Assembly: GCA_951406725.2 (NCBI GenBank)
Contig: OX597830.1
Coordinates: forward strand, 3,534,001-3,598,000
Source: Octopus vulgaris
Lineage: Eukaryota
Reading direction: 5' to 3'
DNA: 64,000 nt
The notes under the pieces are model-generated. The model did not search any database and was not told the DNA's origin. It saw only the letters and a list, made by a program, of their open reading frames with translations. Made by a program: the position numbers and the translations under genes. Numbering within the stretch: position 1 is the first letter of the stretch; each line of letters opens with the position of its first letter. Shown piece after piece: positions 1 to 12,874 of the stretch.

Positions 1-1635
1 AAGATTTAAGAAAGGTGTCTTTATTGTTCATCTTTCCAAATATTCGTATTGTTAAAATCTACCAAAGCCAGCTATTTTGAGGAAAGGGGACAAGTCAATT
101 AATTGACCCCAATACTTACTTTATCCATCTGAAAGAATGAAAAGCCGACCCTGGTAGAATTTGAACAAAAACCATAAGAATTTGGGAAAAGGTCACACGA
201 GTGAATTTAACATGCGAGATAATTCCTTATAGCAATCTAAATCAAATTTTATGATGCCCTGGTTAAATTTTTTAAAATTTGTAATCATCTGTCATGGAAC
301 AAAGGCACTGAAGAAGATAAGCAGCTTCCCAGGGCTTTTGGTGCTTGAAATTGACTAATTATGTGGCCCTGTTTTCAAGGGCATCACTTAATTACATTGT
401 TCTCTGCCCTCTGAGTTTCTCTGCCCTCCTTGCATTGATAGCAAAGGGATCCCACAACACTTCAGTTCCAGGCTCATCAAAACTGTTGGTCCATCATTGT
501 GTGCATATAACTTTTTTTTCCCCTCTTCCCCAAATACCTGATTCTAATTTCTCCAGGACACTCTATAAAATTATTGATGACAGGAACCTATCCAACCATA
601 GAAACCTTGCCAAAAATGGATGCACAAATGAGATGCACTTACTTGATCAACGTGGAAGGTAGTATGACTCACCATGGGGTAAAGGGTTTTGCAGTTTTGC
701 TCTATATTTAGTACTTAGCCACTTGATATTTTCCCAAACTTTTAATATTCTAATATATAACTCAATTTGATCCTGCTGTTATGTGTAGTCGCCACTCATT
801 ATTGCTATTTGTTGCAATTCAAGATATCAACGGTAAATTTTGCAAGTTTGGAAGCAAAATGCTAATTGACTTCTTTGTTCATTCGGCTTTCCTAGGTCAG
901 TTGAACATAACTGAAAGTTCGCTTAGTGTTGTTCTCTCTTCATTTGTATACAGCCGTTGTTACAGGACCTTTGATCTAAGACCCTTAACTTACCAGTAAT
1001 TGATACTAAATAGTGGATTTGTGTTCTTTTTAGTTTCCTGTCCCTTTGAATTGTTAGTGGTTTTATGAAAACTTAGAACTCCTTTAGCCATCGACAGCCA
1101 TTTTCTGTAGAAATCCATTTTGCTTAATACAAATAACCTTTTAATCCCTTTTATCTGATTTCCTTCTTCGAGTTTTACCATTTCTTTTGAACTCTACCCT
1201 TTTATTGTATTAATTCCTGTTTTTATATTATTCTTGTTAATTGTATTGCACACATATTCGCTGATATGTCTATTCATGAATGGGACCCTCTTAGTAAGAA
1301 GTCAGTTCTTTGTTTAATAAAAAGGGTTTCATTAGCTTTCTATTCTGATTAACTATATTTGCAGTGCAAATTCATACAATTCACTCGTGTAAGAAACAAT
1401 TGTGAATATTATTATTATTGATATTTGAGTCATGTGAGAAAATGAGGATATAATAGATGCATCTCAGAAATGTTCACTTTAACACACTGGAGTGCTGGGT
1501 TCGAACCTGTGTTTATCCGTTTTACTTTGTAAATCTCTTGAGGTTTTTATAAGATCAGAGAACTACATTGTATATACATATATGTGTGTGTGAGTGGAAA
1601 ATAAGCTGGAGTTGAATACCATATCAATATATACT

Positions 1636-1847
1636 TTTCTACTTTAGGCACAAGGCCCAAAATTTTGGGGGAGGGGGCAAGTCAATTAGATCGACACCAG
1701 TATGCAACTGGTACTTAATTTATCGACCCCAAATGGATGAAAGGAAAAATCAACCATGACAGAATTTGAACTCAGAACGTGAAGATGGATGAAATACTAC
1801 AAAGCATTTTGCCCAGTGTGCTAAAGATTCTGATAGCTCGACGCCTT
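1636..1847 (-). mobile_element. tRNA-derived SINE with Meta-domain-like core (octopus OK-like family)
   Basis: The minus strand has a Pol III B-box-like gttctgagttcaaattc followed by a cctttcatcc...ggggtcgataaattaagtaccag core. The same consensus recurs more than 10 times in the window. Confidence 0.8.
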
Positions 1848-3032
1848 ACCATGTAAACATACAACTGTGCAAACCATTACACCAAAGTAATATCACAAAA
1901 TTAATTAGAAAACTGAAATAAAGTAGCTACAGTGATGATCCTAGTAAATATCTACAATATAAACAATTATCAAGTATGATCTGAAGAAAAGAGCAGTGGA
2001 TGCAACAAAAGGGTGAAGTTAAAGAAAAAAAATGGAAAAACCTGCCGAAGGAAACAAGATTAGAGATATAAGATACACAAATGTCAACTTTTCTGTTAAG
2101 ATAAAATAAATATGATACTCTACTGAAAGTTATTGAGTGATACTTAAATGTATTATTTGACTGTCTTTATATATAACTATATATATACAAACAACCATTA
2201 ATGTGTATGTATGTATGTATTTATTTGCAATCCAGTAGTCAAAAGGTTCTTTAGTCTTGAGATCCTCTGATTGATAAATACACACACATCTTATTTTACT
2301 TTACAGATTATTCAAAAGATTAAAAAGAAGTAGTGTGACAGTATGTAGGCAACAGTATTTGTAAACATTGGTTGTAAACCATTAGAAAAGGTGCAATACA
2401 AAGAATTACTCTATTGTCATACGCCAATTGTGTGATGTATTCTTTTATTTACATGCAGGAATACATGATAGTTTGATGCTTTCAGTATAATTTGCATAGA
2501 GAGAGGAAACATCAGGAGAATATGTGTGACACACAGCAAAATGGCAGATAGTGAGAGACAGAAAGACCTGTGGAAAGGTGGTTAGTTCCGAAGAGCTACG
2601 AAATACATCTGCATGAAGAATGGCAGGAAGTGGATTAAGTTTGACAACAGCCAGCAGCTAGAATATGGTTAGTGAAGAACGAAAATGAATAATATCTGAT
2701 TAGATGGTGACTAGTTTACAGAAGTTAATTTCTAGATTGAAGTGGATGGGTATTTGGGTCTATACCTGAAGTTCAAAGGGCTACCCATGTCACAGTACAA
2801 TGTGCTGATTCAGCCTGACAGTCACGATATTACAAGTGTCTTTGGTATATTCAGCCACTTAGAGCCTGTTCATCAAACAGATGGAACAGATGTCAAAACC
2901 AACAGAGGATTCGAGTGGAAGTAATGGCTGATCTTCCAAGAGTTCTGTTAGTAAATTCTTGGAAATACCAAAGTATCATTAACATATTAATTACGTGGAA
3001 CATTAAAAAAGCTAATTAAAAATATACTTGTA

Positions 3033-4333
3033 CGAGGGGCGTTCAATAAGTAATGCCCCTGACCCACTTCCCATAGCAGTAGAGCAACGAAACTTAGCAC
3101 AGGTATTAGTCTTTTTCTACATAGGAACAACCCAGAGGTACGCATTTCTCCCATCATTTGATGCAGTTCTGGAGACCGTTTTCGTAGAAAACCCCAGCTT
3201 GGTCCTCCAACCATGACGTGACTTCAGAAATCAAGGCTGCATCATCTGGGAAACGCTTTCCTTTCAAAAACAACTTCATGGCTGGGAAGAGGGTGCAAGG
3301 TCAGGAGAGTAGGGGGGATGGGGGAAGAGTTCATAGCCGCACGCCTGTGCTTCTGATCTGGCGACACGCGAGTTGTGGACTGGAGCGTTTTCCTGCAGGA
3401 GGATGATGCCTTTGCTGATCTTGCCCCGCCTCTTGGTTTCGATAGCTTCTCTTAATTTCCTCAAAAGTGAAACATGATAGGCTCCTGTAATTGTGGTACC
3501 CTTTGCCAGGAAATCTGTCATCACTACTTCGTCCTGGTCCCAGAAGACTGTGAGCATGACCTTGCCAGCGGAGGGTTGCACCCTTGCCTTCTTTGGAGGA
3601 GGTGAGTTATGGTGCTTCCACTGCATTGACTGGGCTTTGGTCTCTGGATCATAGTGATGGACCCAGGTCTCATCCTGTGTAATCAGTCTTTTGAAAAATT
3701 TTGACTCATCTTCTTGGCACATCCCTAAATTCTTGCTTCTGGAATTCTTGCGTTCTTGCTTCTGGAAAAGTGTGAGCAACCTGGAAATCCATCTGGCAGA
3801 CACCTTTTGCATATGCAAATGGTCATGAATGATAGTTTCCACAGACCCGGTACTAATCTTGACCTCATGGGCTATTTGGCGAATAGTTATGCGTCGATCT
3901 TCCAAACTTGACGGACCAAACTTGATCTTCCAGCCTCAACTTGACGGACAGATGCCTCATCAATGGCAGAAGGGGTGCGACCAGATCTGGTAGCTGTTTC
4001 CACAGAGTTCCGACCATGTTTGAATTCACGATGCCAGCGTTTTACAAGGTCATATGATGGGGCATCATCACCATAAGTTACTTTCATTTCATTAAAAGTC
4101 TCCTGTGGTGTGCGTCCTTTCAAATACAAAAACCGGATCACTGCTCGACACTCAACAGGCTCCATTTCCCACTTGACTCATTTCAAACACCTGTAAATCA
4201 GAAACCACAATTAGTTCAGAGCTGTAATTTGCCACTTAATCTATAGAGATATGAATAATTGCACATGCAGTTAGATCAGTTAGATCAAACAAAGGCAAGT
4301 GGGTCAGAGGCATTACTTATTGAACGCCCCTCG
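3033..4333 (-). mobile_element. Full-length mariner transposon (irritans/Himar1-Hsmar2-like subfamily), inactivated
   Basis: 37-bp TIRs (3033-3069 / 4297-4333, 1 mismatch) are flanked by TA at 3031-3032 and 4334-4335. Length is 1301 bp, with internal transposase frames. Confidence 0.95.
3106..4165 (-). pseudogene. Mariner DD34D transposase pseudogene
   Basis: ORF 3887-4165 carries the HTH region; ORF 3276-3905 carries WISRLL, ITQDETW, QENAPVH (second D changed to E) and HPPYSPDLAPS. The third D is lost by deletion/frameshift. The C-terminus ...CIK*WEKCVPLGCSYVEKD* ends at 3106. Confidence 0.92.
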
Positions 4334-4968
4334 TATTGAAAAACACTAACTAATTTCATTCCCCTTGCTACAGTCTTAAACATTTAATTGATGATTCAGT
4401 CATTATTACTTTGGCAAATGTGATCACAGATGAGGTCAGAATAATAGCGAAACACATGGAGTTGCCTTGAAGGCTTGTTATAGTAATGAAAAGCAATATT
4501 AGTTGATGACTAATATTGTTTCCTTTTTCCCATCCCACAATTATTTCTAATTGGCTTTTTTTAATGGTCTATGCTTTAAATATATCAACACTTTTTTATT
4601 ACTTTCTTGTTATTTAGCTCCTGATCAACCATGATTATGGTCAGCAGCTTTCAAGTTCAACTCGATTTTTTCAGAACTGCATTGCATAATATATCCTATC
4701 CTTAGTTAGGATGACAAGATGTAAGTTTTGACATGTTTGACTGTTATTTCTAAGAAATGCAGATCATTGGTAAATCAGAAATATATTCTCTGAATTTATT
4801 CATTCCTGAAGTGGTCAAAGAAAAATGGTAGTAGAAAAAGAGAAAAGAAAACCAAAAAACGAAAAAAAGGAGAAAGACTGTGTGTGAGTGAGAGAGAAAG
4901 AATAAAAGAATGTTTTGTCGTTCAATGAAAGAAAATAGATTTTAACTAGGAAAACATCACAACTTTAT

Positions 4969-5494
4969 TAAATCTCTGAACAAGATGTAAACAGTAACCG
5001 CTCGACAACGTAAAGTATACTAGCCATCTCAATATGGCTAACCACTAAGGGTGGGTGTTACTGTAGCTTTTAGCCCCAGGAGAACATCGTTTCCAGCTGG
5101 CTTTAGGCACACTTTCTGTGCCCTTATGGTATTTGCAAAGGGAGGTCATCCCTCTCTCGTAAACCTAAGTGATATTTACGGACTGCAGTTTTGAGGTATT
5201 TGCCTCTTGTCAACGTACGATAATCACCGGTTTTTGATGAAGGGAGACCTGTTTGCAAATATCTATTTAATGTTTTTCCCAGTAACCACTGTCACTGATT
5301 TCGAAAAACTGTCTGCAAGCAATAATAAATCTCTGAACGAGATGTAAACAGTAAGAGCTCGACAACGTAAAAGCTACAGTAACACCGACCCTTAGTGGTT
5401 AGCCATATTGAGATGTCTAATATACTTTACGTTGTCGAGCGGTTACTGCTTACATCTAGTTCAGAGATTTATTATTGCTTGCAGACAGTTTTTC
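4969..5494. mobile_element. Penelope-like pLTR fragment with direct plus inverted repeats
   Basis: 4969-5014 is repeated directly at 5326-5371. 4969-5071 is inverted at 5369-5471, and 5303-5371 is inverted at 5425-5494. A decayed hammerhead-like motif lies at 5222-5300. Confidence 0.65.
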
Positions 5495-5802
5495 AGTTAA
5501 GGAACTGAAATATAGAGGCACAATTGTTTGTAGACACAGACTGGTCTATGTGTAAAAGTGTGAGATGAAAAATCCTCTGAGATTATCTCATAGACAACTC
5601 CCTCAAAGGGTTGTTTGAAATCTAAAAACAAGGATTCATACTAACCAGATGCAAGTGACTCTTGTCTTGATTCAATCTTATTTCACCCAACTCAGTGACG
5701 ATAAATGATAAGTCTGTCTGTTTGTCTCTCTCTCTTTCTGTTTATCTGCTGTCTCTTTCTTTCTCTCTCTCCTCCCCTTCTATCTCTCTCTCCTTTGTGT
5801 AT

Positions 5803-6000
5803 ATTCTTTTATTATTTTACTTGTTTCAGTCAATTGACTGCGGCCATGCTGGAGTACAGCCTTAAGGGGTTTTAGTCAAAGAAATTGACTATGTAAGCAT
5901 AGTACTTATTCTATCGGTCTCTTTTTTTTGTTGAACTGCTAAGTTATAGGGACATAAACACTTTAGCATAAGTTCTCAAGAGATGGCATGGGGACAGACA
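5803..6000 (-). mobile_element. 3' half of CORE-like SINE (OR-type)
   Basis: cttgtttcagtcaattgactgcggccatgctggag tail plus the internal segment shared with 6049-6446. Confidence 0.75.
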
Positions 6001-6048
6001 CACACACACTCACACATGCACAAACACGTACATATACGTATATTTGCC

Positions 6049-6446
6049 TTTCTTTTATTCTTTTACTTGTTTCAGTCATTTGACTGAGGCCATGCTGGAG
6101 CACCACCTTTAGTTGAAAAAACCGACCACAAGACTTATTCTTTGTAAGCCTAATACTTATTCTATCACTATCTTTTGCTGAACCATTAAATTACAGGGAC
6201 ATAAACACACCAACATAGGTTGTCAAGCGATGGTATGGGAACAAACACAGACACACAAGTACACACATACATACTTATAAATATATATATATATGATGGG
6301 CTTCTTTCAGTTTCCGTCTACCAAATCCACTCACAAGGCTTTAGTCGGCCTGAGGCTATAGTAGAAGACACTTACCCAAGGTGCCATGCAGTGGGACTGA
6401 ACCCGGAACCATGTGGTTGGGAAGCAAACTTCCTACCGCACAGCAT
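6049..6446 (-). mobile_element. Full-length tRNA-derived CORE-like SINE with internal microsatellite and LINE-derived tail
   Basis: On the minus strand: tRNA-like head (ggttccgggttcagtccc), accttgggtaagtgtctt CORE-like motif, (TA/CA) spacer, and tail ccagcatggcctcagtcaaatgactgaaacaag. Confidence 0.85.
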
Positions 6447-6591
6447 GTGTGTGTGTGTATATGCGTGTGTGTGTGTGTGTGTGTATATGCGTGTGTGTGT
6501 GTGTGTGTGTATATGCGTGTGTGTGTGTGTGTGTATATGCGTGTGTGTGTGTGTGTGTGTGTGTGTACAGAGAGAGAGAGAGAGAGAGAGC
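6447..6591. repeat. (GT)n microsatellite with periodic atatgc interruptions, then (GA)n
   Basis: Directly visible; it explains the overlapping VCVC/HTHT ORFs. Confidence 0.95.
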
Positions 6592-6689
6592 ATGTGGTGT
6601 TGCTGATTATAGATATCAACAACATGTCACTTCCATTTGCTACCACCACTGCTGCTGCTGTATTATAGAAACTAATAAATTAACAAATG

Positions 6690-7130
6690 TATTAGCCCAT
6701 TGCTTTAAGTATTTGGGAATCATCATTACATCGAATGAAGGCAAACATCAAAGGCTTTAAGTCAAGGACTGAGCTGGCCAAAACTGGTTTTAGTGAGATC
6801 CAGCATATGTGGTCAAATAAATGGGTCATGCACTGAACTTATTCTTACGTTTGGTGATGTGACTTGAGACATGTAAAAATTTATGACTACAACAGAGATG
6901 TGATCCTTTAGACAAATGCTGAAGATATCCTGTGTAGAGTAAGTAATGTTGAAGTCCTTAGATGAGCTAAAACCACCAGAAAACTTAACCACATAAGGGA
7001 GGGTTAATAGACTAATTTCATCGGCTACTGTGTAAAAAGATGAATCTTTGAAAATTTGGTGAAAGGAAGAAGTCCAGAAACACAGAGAGAAAAGGCAGAC
7101 TCACTAACATGCTAGGTTAAATGTAGGGGC
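6690..7130 (+). mobile_element. Degenerate RTE LINE fragment (RT C-terminal region)
   Basis: [12 protein letters not shown] motif followed by remnants resembling EMW..RQMLKIS..RVSNVEVL. Confidence 0.5.
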
Positions 7131-8150
7131 CGTGATTGCTAATGCTGGTAGACATGGTACATAAAGAAGATGGCTAACCCTGTAATCTTACTGAACAACT
7201 GGGAACTCCTTTTCTGATGAGGTTCTTATTTAAATATTTAAAGAAGCAACACTATGAAGTTGTTTCTCATTACACCATTTCTCCATAGTCGAAAGAAAAT
7301 TTGAACTTGACACTCGAAGATCTTTAACTGTCTCACCTGCTTTGCAATGCTTCTGCTGTTTTCACAGACAAAAACATGTCACTCTGCAATATCTAATGAG
7401 ATCTGAGTACAGAGGACCATAGAGAGCTGCATAACATTTCTATGCATGCAAACACACTGGCAGTGATAGCTACATATTATTAAATGACCAGCTGGTTTAC
7501 CTAATATCCTATTAATTCTGTCATCTGCACTCATGTTATGAATTAATATCAAATTAGGCTGCTCTATGTTGTGAAAATAGTTTTATCCTCCTGTGAATGC
7601 ATTCATATGCAAATTGCTATAATAGACTTGTAAAGAGAAACAGCCAGGTTTTGGTAATAAAGCAATAGGTATTGAACACTAGAAAATATACTGCACTTTT
7701 TTCATTACAGCAAATTCCAGTTTATTCTCATTGTTACTGAAACTGTGAAAAGAGAGGGAGAGAGAGACACACACACACAGCAGTGTACATGCTAGCTTTC
7801 TGCACACGAATTGTTGTTGCTTCTTCTTAGGTGTAAGATTTGACCCAAAATTAATAAAAAATTAATGAATGAAAATAAAATTAAACATTCTGTTGTGTCT
7901 GGGGAGAGTCATTTTCTTTTTGTGCCTTATAATGTAACACACTCACCGGTAAAATTTCTACTTTTTTCTTATTTTTATTTTCCTAAACTTTCCGTTGCAT
8001 CTTGCAACCTTTTCAATAGTTCAAATCCAAAAACGAAATATAAAATTAAACATTTTGACTGAATTAACAATTCTAATATTACTTTAGCAACCAATATACG
8101 ATTAAAAGATTTCCTAGTTGTACCTATGCTGTATGTAAAAGTATATATGC

Positions 8151-8183
<33 letters not shown>

Positions 8184-8280
8184 TTATAATGTATGTATTT
8201 GTACAGTTTGGTTTTCGTATAACTGGTTTTACGTTATTATCATTTTTTTTGTCTCTATAATGAAGCCATTAATCATTGAT

Positions 8281-8625
8281 TCATGGCTGTGTGATTAAGA
8301 AGCTTGTTTTGCAACCTCATGGATTCAGGTTCAATCCCACAGCATAGCATTTTGGGCAGGTGTCTTTTACTTTGGACCAACCAATGCCTTGCGAGTGGAA
8401 ATGGTAAATGAAAACTGTTTGTGACTTCATGTTTAGTCACCTCTGCACTTTCAGAACTGGTATTAGTTTGTTTACATCTCTGTATCTTGCAAAGAGGAGT
8501 GATAGAATAAGAAACAAAATTAAGTGACAAGCATTGGTGGTCAATTTGTTCTAGTAAACCATTTCATACAGTGCTCCAGCATGGCTGCAGTTCAATCACT
8601 GAAACAAGCCAAAAGAGGTAAAGAG
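8281..8625 (+). mobile_element. CORE-like SINE (diverged)
   Basis: Head ggctgtgtgattaagaagcttg...ggttcaatcccac; tail gtgctccagcatggctgcagttcaatcactgaaacaag. Confidence 0.75.
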
Positions 8626-9419
8626 TCAAATAATTTGCTAAGAATAAAAAATATTGAAATAATAAAAAAAAGCAATTTTTAAATCATTGTTGATTGAAAA
8701 CTTAGGACTGCTTTTATTCAGCAGCTTCTGGTATTTCTCTAACAAACCCAAAGTAGCGTCCAAATAAACTATCAAACAATCAGACCAGACAGAATCAGAG
8801 ACAAACAATTTTCATGTCTGTCAGACGTCAGAAAGTTATGGATGATATTACAAATATTCTTGAGAACTCTAAGACAAATTCATCTTCATTTTTTTACATC
8901 TGATTTTCCATGCAGGGGTTTGTTGAATTGTTATACGTGAAGAAGTTGGAAAAGATCCCTAATCATTATGACTAGACACAACTGAGTATATTTTTGGCAA
9001 CAAAAGCAGGCACTCAGCAAATTGTGCTGCCCAGTGGTTCCCCCATGCACCATACCCTGTGGTTTTGGTGCCCTCTGAATTCCAGCTATTCTGATAAAGG
9101 AAGGAGAGTCTTCAGGGATGTGGATTTGATAATAAAATAACAGGGAAGAAGTCAGTACAACAGTGAACATCTATGTTTGAAAGATGATTTGAGAATTGGG
9201 TTCAATGATGGGGCAGATGCATTGCTTCTGATGGAGACTCAGCTGTGAAATATTTTTGTATGAAGGAAGAGTAACTCTCTAACATGTGCAATTTCAATAA
9301 TGTAATTCCATTAATAAAAAATCTTATACTGTTACACCCTCTTTCACATTACTTTTGGAACAACCCTAGCATATTATTTCACTTTTGTGTATGCGTATAC
9401 ATATATACATACACACACA

Positions 9420-10445
9420 TTCGCCAAAATGCCTTTGAATGTCGTGTCATATCCCTTTGGCAACATCTTTTAACCATCAAGTGTCAAAGTGCATCCCTTG
9501 ATCAAGTTTGCATACATGAGGCTGATAACATCATAAGACTTGGAAGGCGGCTCCTTGAGCAACACTCTTTGTCTGATAACCTAGAATACACACCCAAAGA
9601 AGTCGCATGATTCTACTGCAACATATCATCAGAGGAAAGGATGAGCATATATGCACAGAAGATAATGCATGGATATGTTAGGAGAAAGCTCCGTGATGAT
9701 AGTAACATCGATCATTAAAGCAGTTTATTATGGACCAATAGCTGGGTTATTACCTTTCACTTTATAGGGTGTTTTTGCAATCCAGAAAGAGGAAATATCA
9801 ACAAAATACCTGATGCACAAAATGGATACAGATGCAGGAAAAGCTGTAAAATGTGACCACTGATGCAGACTTTGTGGAGTTCACACTGAAGATATCACCC
9901 ACATCATAAGCAGTTGTACGAAAATGTCATCATGGTATTGTCTACTGATAAGACATGATGTTGTAGCTAGGACATTCTATAATGAAACCCATCCAAAGGA
10001 TAATCCCGAGAACAAAGAAATAAGAACCCACAATATTGAAGAAGCCATAGCCACCTCATAATGAAAAGGAATACTGGTGGAATGTTCCAGTGGAAACCTC
10101 AGAAAAATGTCAGCACAACAGACCTAATATGATGTTTTGGAATAGAGAAGAGAAACTGTGCAGAGTTGTGGAAATTAGCTGCCCAGCAGATGTTAACATG
10201 GAGCTGAAGTTCAGTGAAAAAGAGAACACCTTCGCTGAACTATTGAGAAGTCTGCAGTTACTCTATCCAGATTATACCTCTAATCATTGGGGCCCTGGGA
10301 TATGTAACACAATACCTAATACCAATCTTGAGAAATTAGGCTTCTCAAAACCATAAAGGAGAAAGCTAATTCGAAGACTACAGATCCAATCCATCACTGA
10401 AACTGTAAAAATCTGTAAAACTTTCCAGAAGTTTATCATTTGAAT
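9420..10445 (+). mobile_element. R4/Dong-type non-LTR retrotransposon 3' fragment (CCHC knuckle plus RLE endonuclease), degenerate
   Basis: CRLCGVHTEDITHIISSC, RHDVVAR and HNRPNMMFW..VVEISCPAD..EKENTFAELL across frameshifts. Confidence 0.8.
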
Positions 10446-10489
10446 ATATATGAGCATGTCTAGATATGTAACTATATGCATGAGTACTT

Positions 10490-11089
10490 AAGGTAGAATA
10501 ATGAAATTGGGCACACACACTTTAATGTAAATTGTCAATTTATTGAAATAATTACATTTAAAAATGATTACCTTTTGCTTTGATCACAGCCTGCAAATGA
10601 ATGGTCACTGAGTTGCAGGAGTATCATACCACCTCTTCATTCCATTTGACCTATGAAAACAGACGGGTTTTCTTCAAATCTGACACATTGCAACAAGAGT
10701 GAGCAGAAATTCTCTAAGATAGACTAGATAGCAAAGTCCATGGGATTGATGTCTGGATTTGAGGGAGGCCATACTAATTAGAGAATATACTATAGTAATA
10801 TAACCTAAGAGAAGCAATGGTTGCTTAATACCACTATAATTGCTTCTAGGTATTGAACATTGTTTTACAGAACCCATTCAACTGTTTCGCTCTGTCCTCG
10901 TTGCTCACTGGTCAGGTTTTGCTTTCGATGCCATGTTTGTTTACAAACCTGTTATAAATGAATGAAACAATAGACACAGGGACAAAACGCATATGTAAAT
11001 CTTTATTTAAAATATAGATAATACTGCCTGAACCGATATTCTTTGGGAAGAGTTTTCAACATGGGTAAATCTTTCTGGGACACCCTGTA
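10490..11089 (-). mobile_element. Non-autonomous Tc1/mariner-superfamily relic
   Basis: Minus-strand remnant LQAVIKAKGNHF* (transposase C-terminus-like) near 10570-10640. A TIR-like end gggacaccctg-ta lies at 11077-11089. Confidence 0.45.
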
Positions 11090-11281
11090 CATATGTGTGT
11101 GTGTGTGTGTGTGTGAGTTTGGAGGGATATATTATCCAGGTTGATACTATAGTAGCTCACAGTTATGTTCCATGTTGGGGCTAACCATCTTGATTAGTCA
11201 TTCTATAAATTCCTCTGATGATTAATTCCATGTCTACTTCTCTGGATGGGAATATAATCTGGAGAGTATATTAGCAATAAT

Positions 11282-11550
11282 TATAACGACAGAGAATATG
11301 GAGGCTTGATCATCCTCAAAAATTATTTCCTCTTATTTCACAATTTCGTACAGCATATTTTCATGGTTGTTGCCACCTACATGTGTTTCCAATACACAAA
11401 GTATGGACTGTTGCACATGCAACTGGGCACGATTTTCTGTGCAGTGGAAACACATGTAGGTCATAACAACCATGAAAATAAGCTGTATGAAATTGTAAAA
11501 TAAGGGGAAATAAATTATGAGGATGAACAAGTATATTCTATACTGTTATA
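11282..11550. repeat. Fold-back inverted repeat (~110-bp diverged arms)
   Basis: 11282-11391 is the reverse complement of 11445-11550, which produces the mirror ORFs 11306-11503(+) and 11333-11530(-). Confidence 0.9.
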
Positions 11551-11698
11551 TATAATAATAATAATAATAATGATAATAATAACCCATGGATGGAATTTAT
11601 AAATATTTTAATGCATCACTACATGCATAGCACTGCATTAGAATATTTATAAATTCCATCCATGGATTATTATCATTATCATTATTATTATTATTATA
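11549..11698. repeat. Palindrome with 32-bp unique arms and inverted (AAT)n/(ATT)n flanks
   Basis: ccatggatggaatttataaatattttaatgca (11584-11615) pairs with 11634-11665, 1 mismatch. Confidence 0.9.
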
Positions 11699-12874
11699 TT
11701 TATCCTACATTATATTGGCACAGCTCAGTACAACCCCGCAAAAAAAAAATGCTATTGCCAGTTGATATCATTAGGCTGTTGCTGGCATAATAAAACAGGA
11801 GCTTTTATATGCAGATGCAAAAACATTTCCTGTAAAATAACTTCAAAGATTTATATATATATATATATATATATTCACTGACGCAAAAATACTTACACAC
11901 ACACATATATATATATATGCGTAGTTGCATATTTATAATGTGTATATACATACACACATACATGTACATAGAAAATGAACTTGCTGTAACTCAACAAATA
12001 ATAATCTTACTCTACAGACTTAATTTCCAATTCTTCCAATGTTTAATATCCTTATGACATAGAACTGGTTAATGAGGACATTAACTAGACTATTTCCTTA
12101 AGACATTGGCATTTTATTGGTGATTAGAAAGCGTGGGTGTGTGCATATATGTTTGCATATGTATGAGTGTGCATGTGTGTGCATGTATATGTATATATAA
12201 GTGCATGTAGGCTTGTATCATTAAATCTGTGTTTCTGGTATTTAAATTCTTTTATATTTTCTCAGTAAGTAAAGGACAAGTTACTGCCTTAGTGTGATGC
12301 TCTCTAATTATAAAATAGATGAGTTCATGGAGAAGAAGATGATAAAAGCTAATAAAACATGTAATGAGCTGTGCAATAAAATTTAGTTAAGAGTTACAAT
12401 ACTGGAATAAACATTATTTTTTAATGTCCTCTATTCCCAGCTTGCATGGGTCAGATGAAATTTGATGATGCAAATTGTCTATAACTGGATACCTTTGCTG
12501 CTGCCATCCTTCAGCTTCTCCTAAATAAGGTACTATTTTTCCAAGTCCTACAATCATGACCAGTGTAATAGTTAGGCATGATTTCACAGAAGACCACAAG
12601 TGAATGCTACCACTTTTACGATGGTGAGGCTCATTTATGGCCAGTGTATGATGTTGAGACATGAAGAAATGAGACCCCACACATACACATTCTTTTATTC
12701 TTTTACTGGGGTACCATCTTTGAATGGCAGGTTTTTTTCAGTTTCCTTCTACTAAATCCACCTGCATGTTTCAGTTTGGCTTGTGGGCAAATGTGTCGTC
12801 CCCAATCCACATGGTTGCAAAGCAAACCTTTTTATCCACGTTTTCATGCCTGAAGGAAAATCAAATATATGTAT

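Noticed and set aside
6220-6760. Overlapping VCVC/HTHT ORFs (similar ones at 17348-17630, 23709-24188, 32022-32349, 40697-40903, 54094-54852)
   Set aside because: Artefacts of dinucleotide/tetranucleotide repeats and SINE sequence.
7205-7260. CTGATGAG followed by a possible stem (similar weak cases at ~9225, ~51320, ~59730)
   Set aside because: No GAAA core and no convincing stem I/III; too decayed to call as hammerheads.
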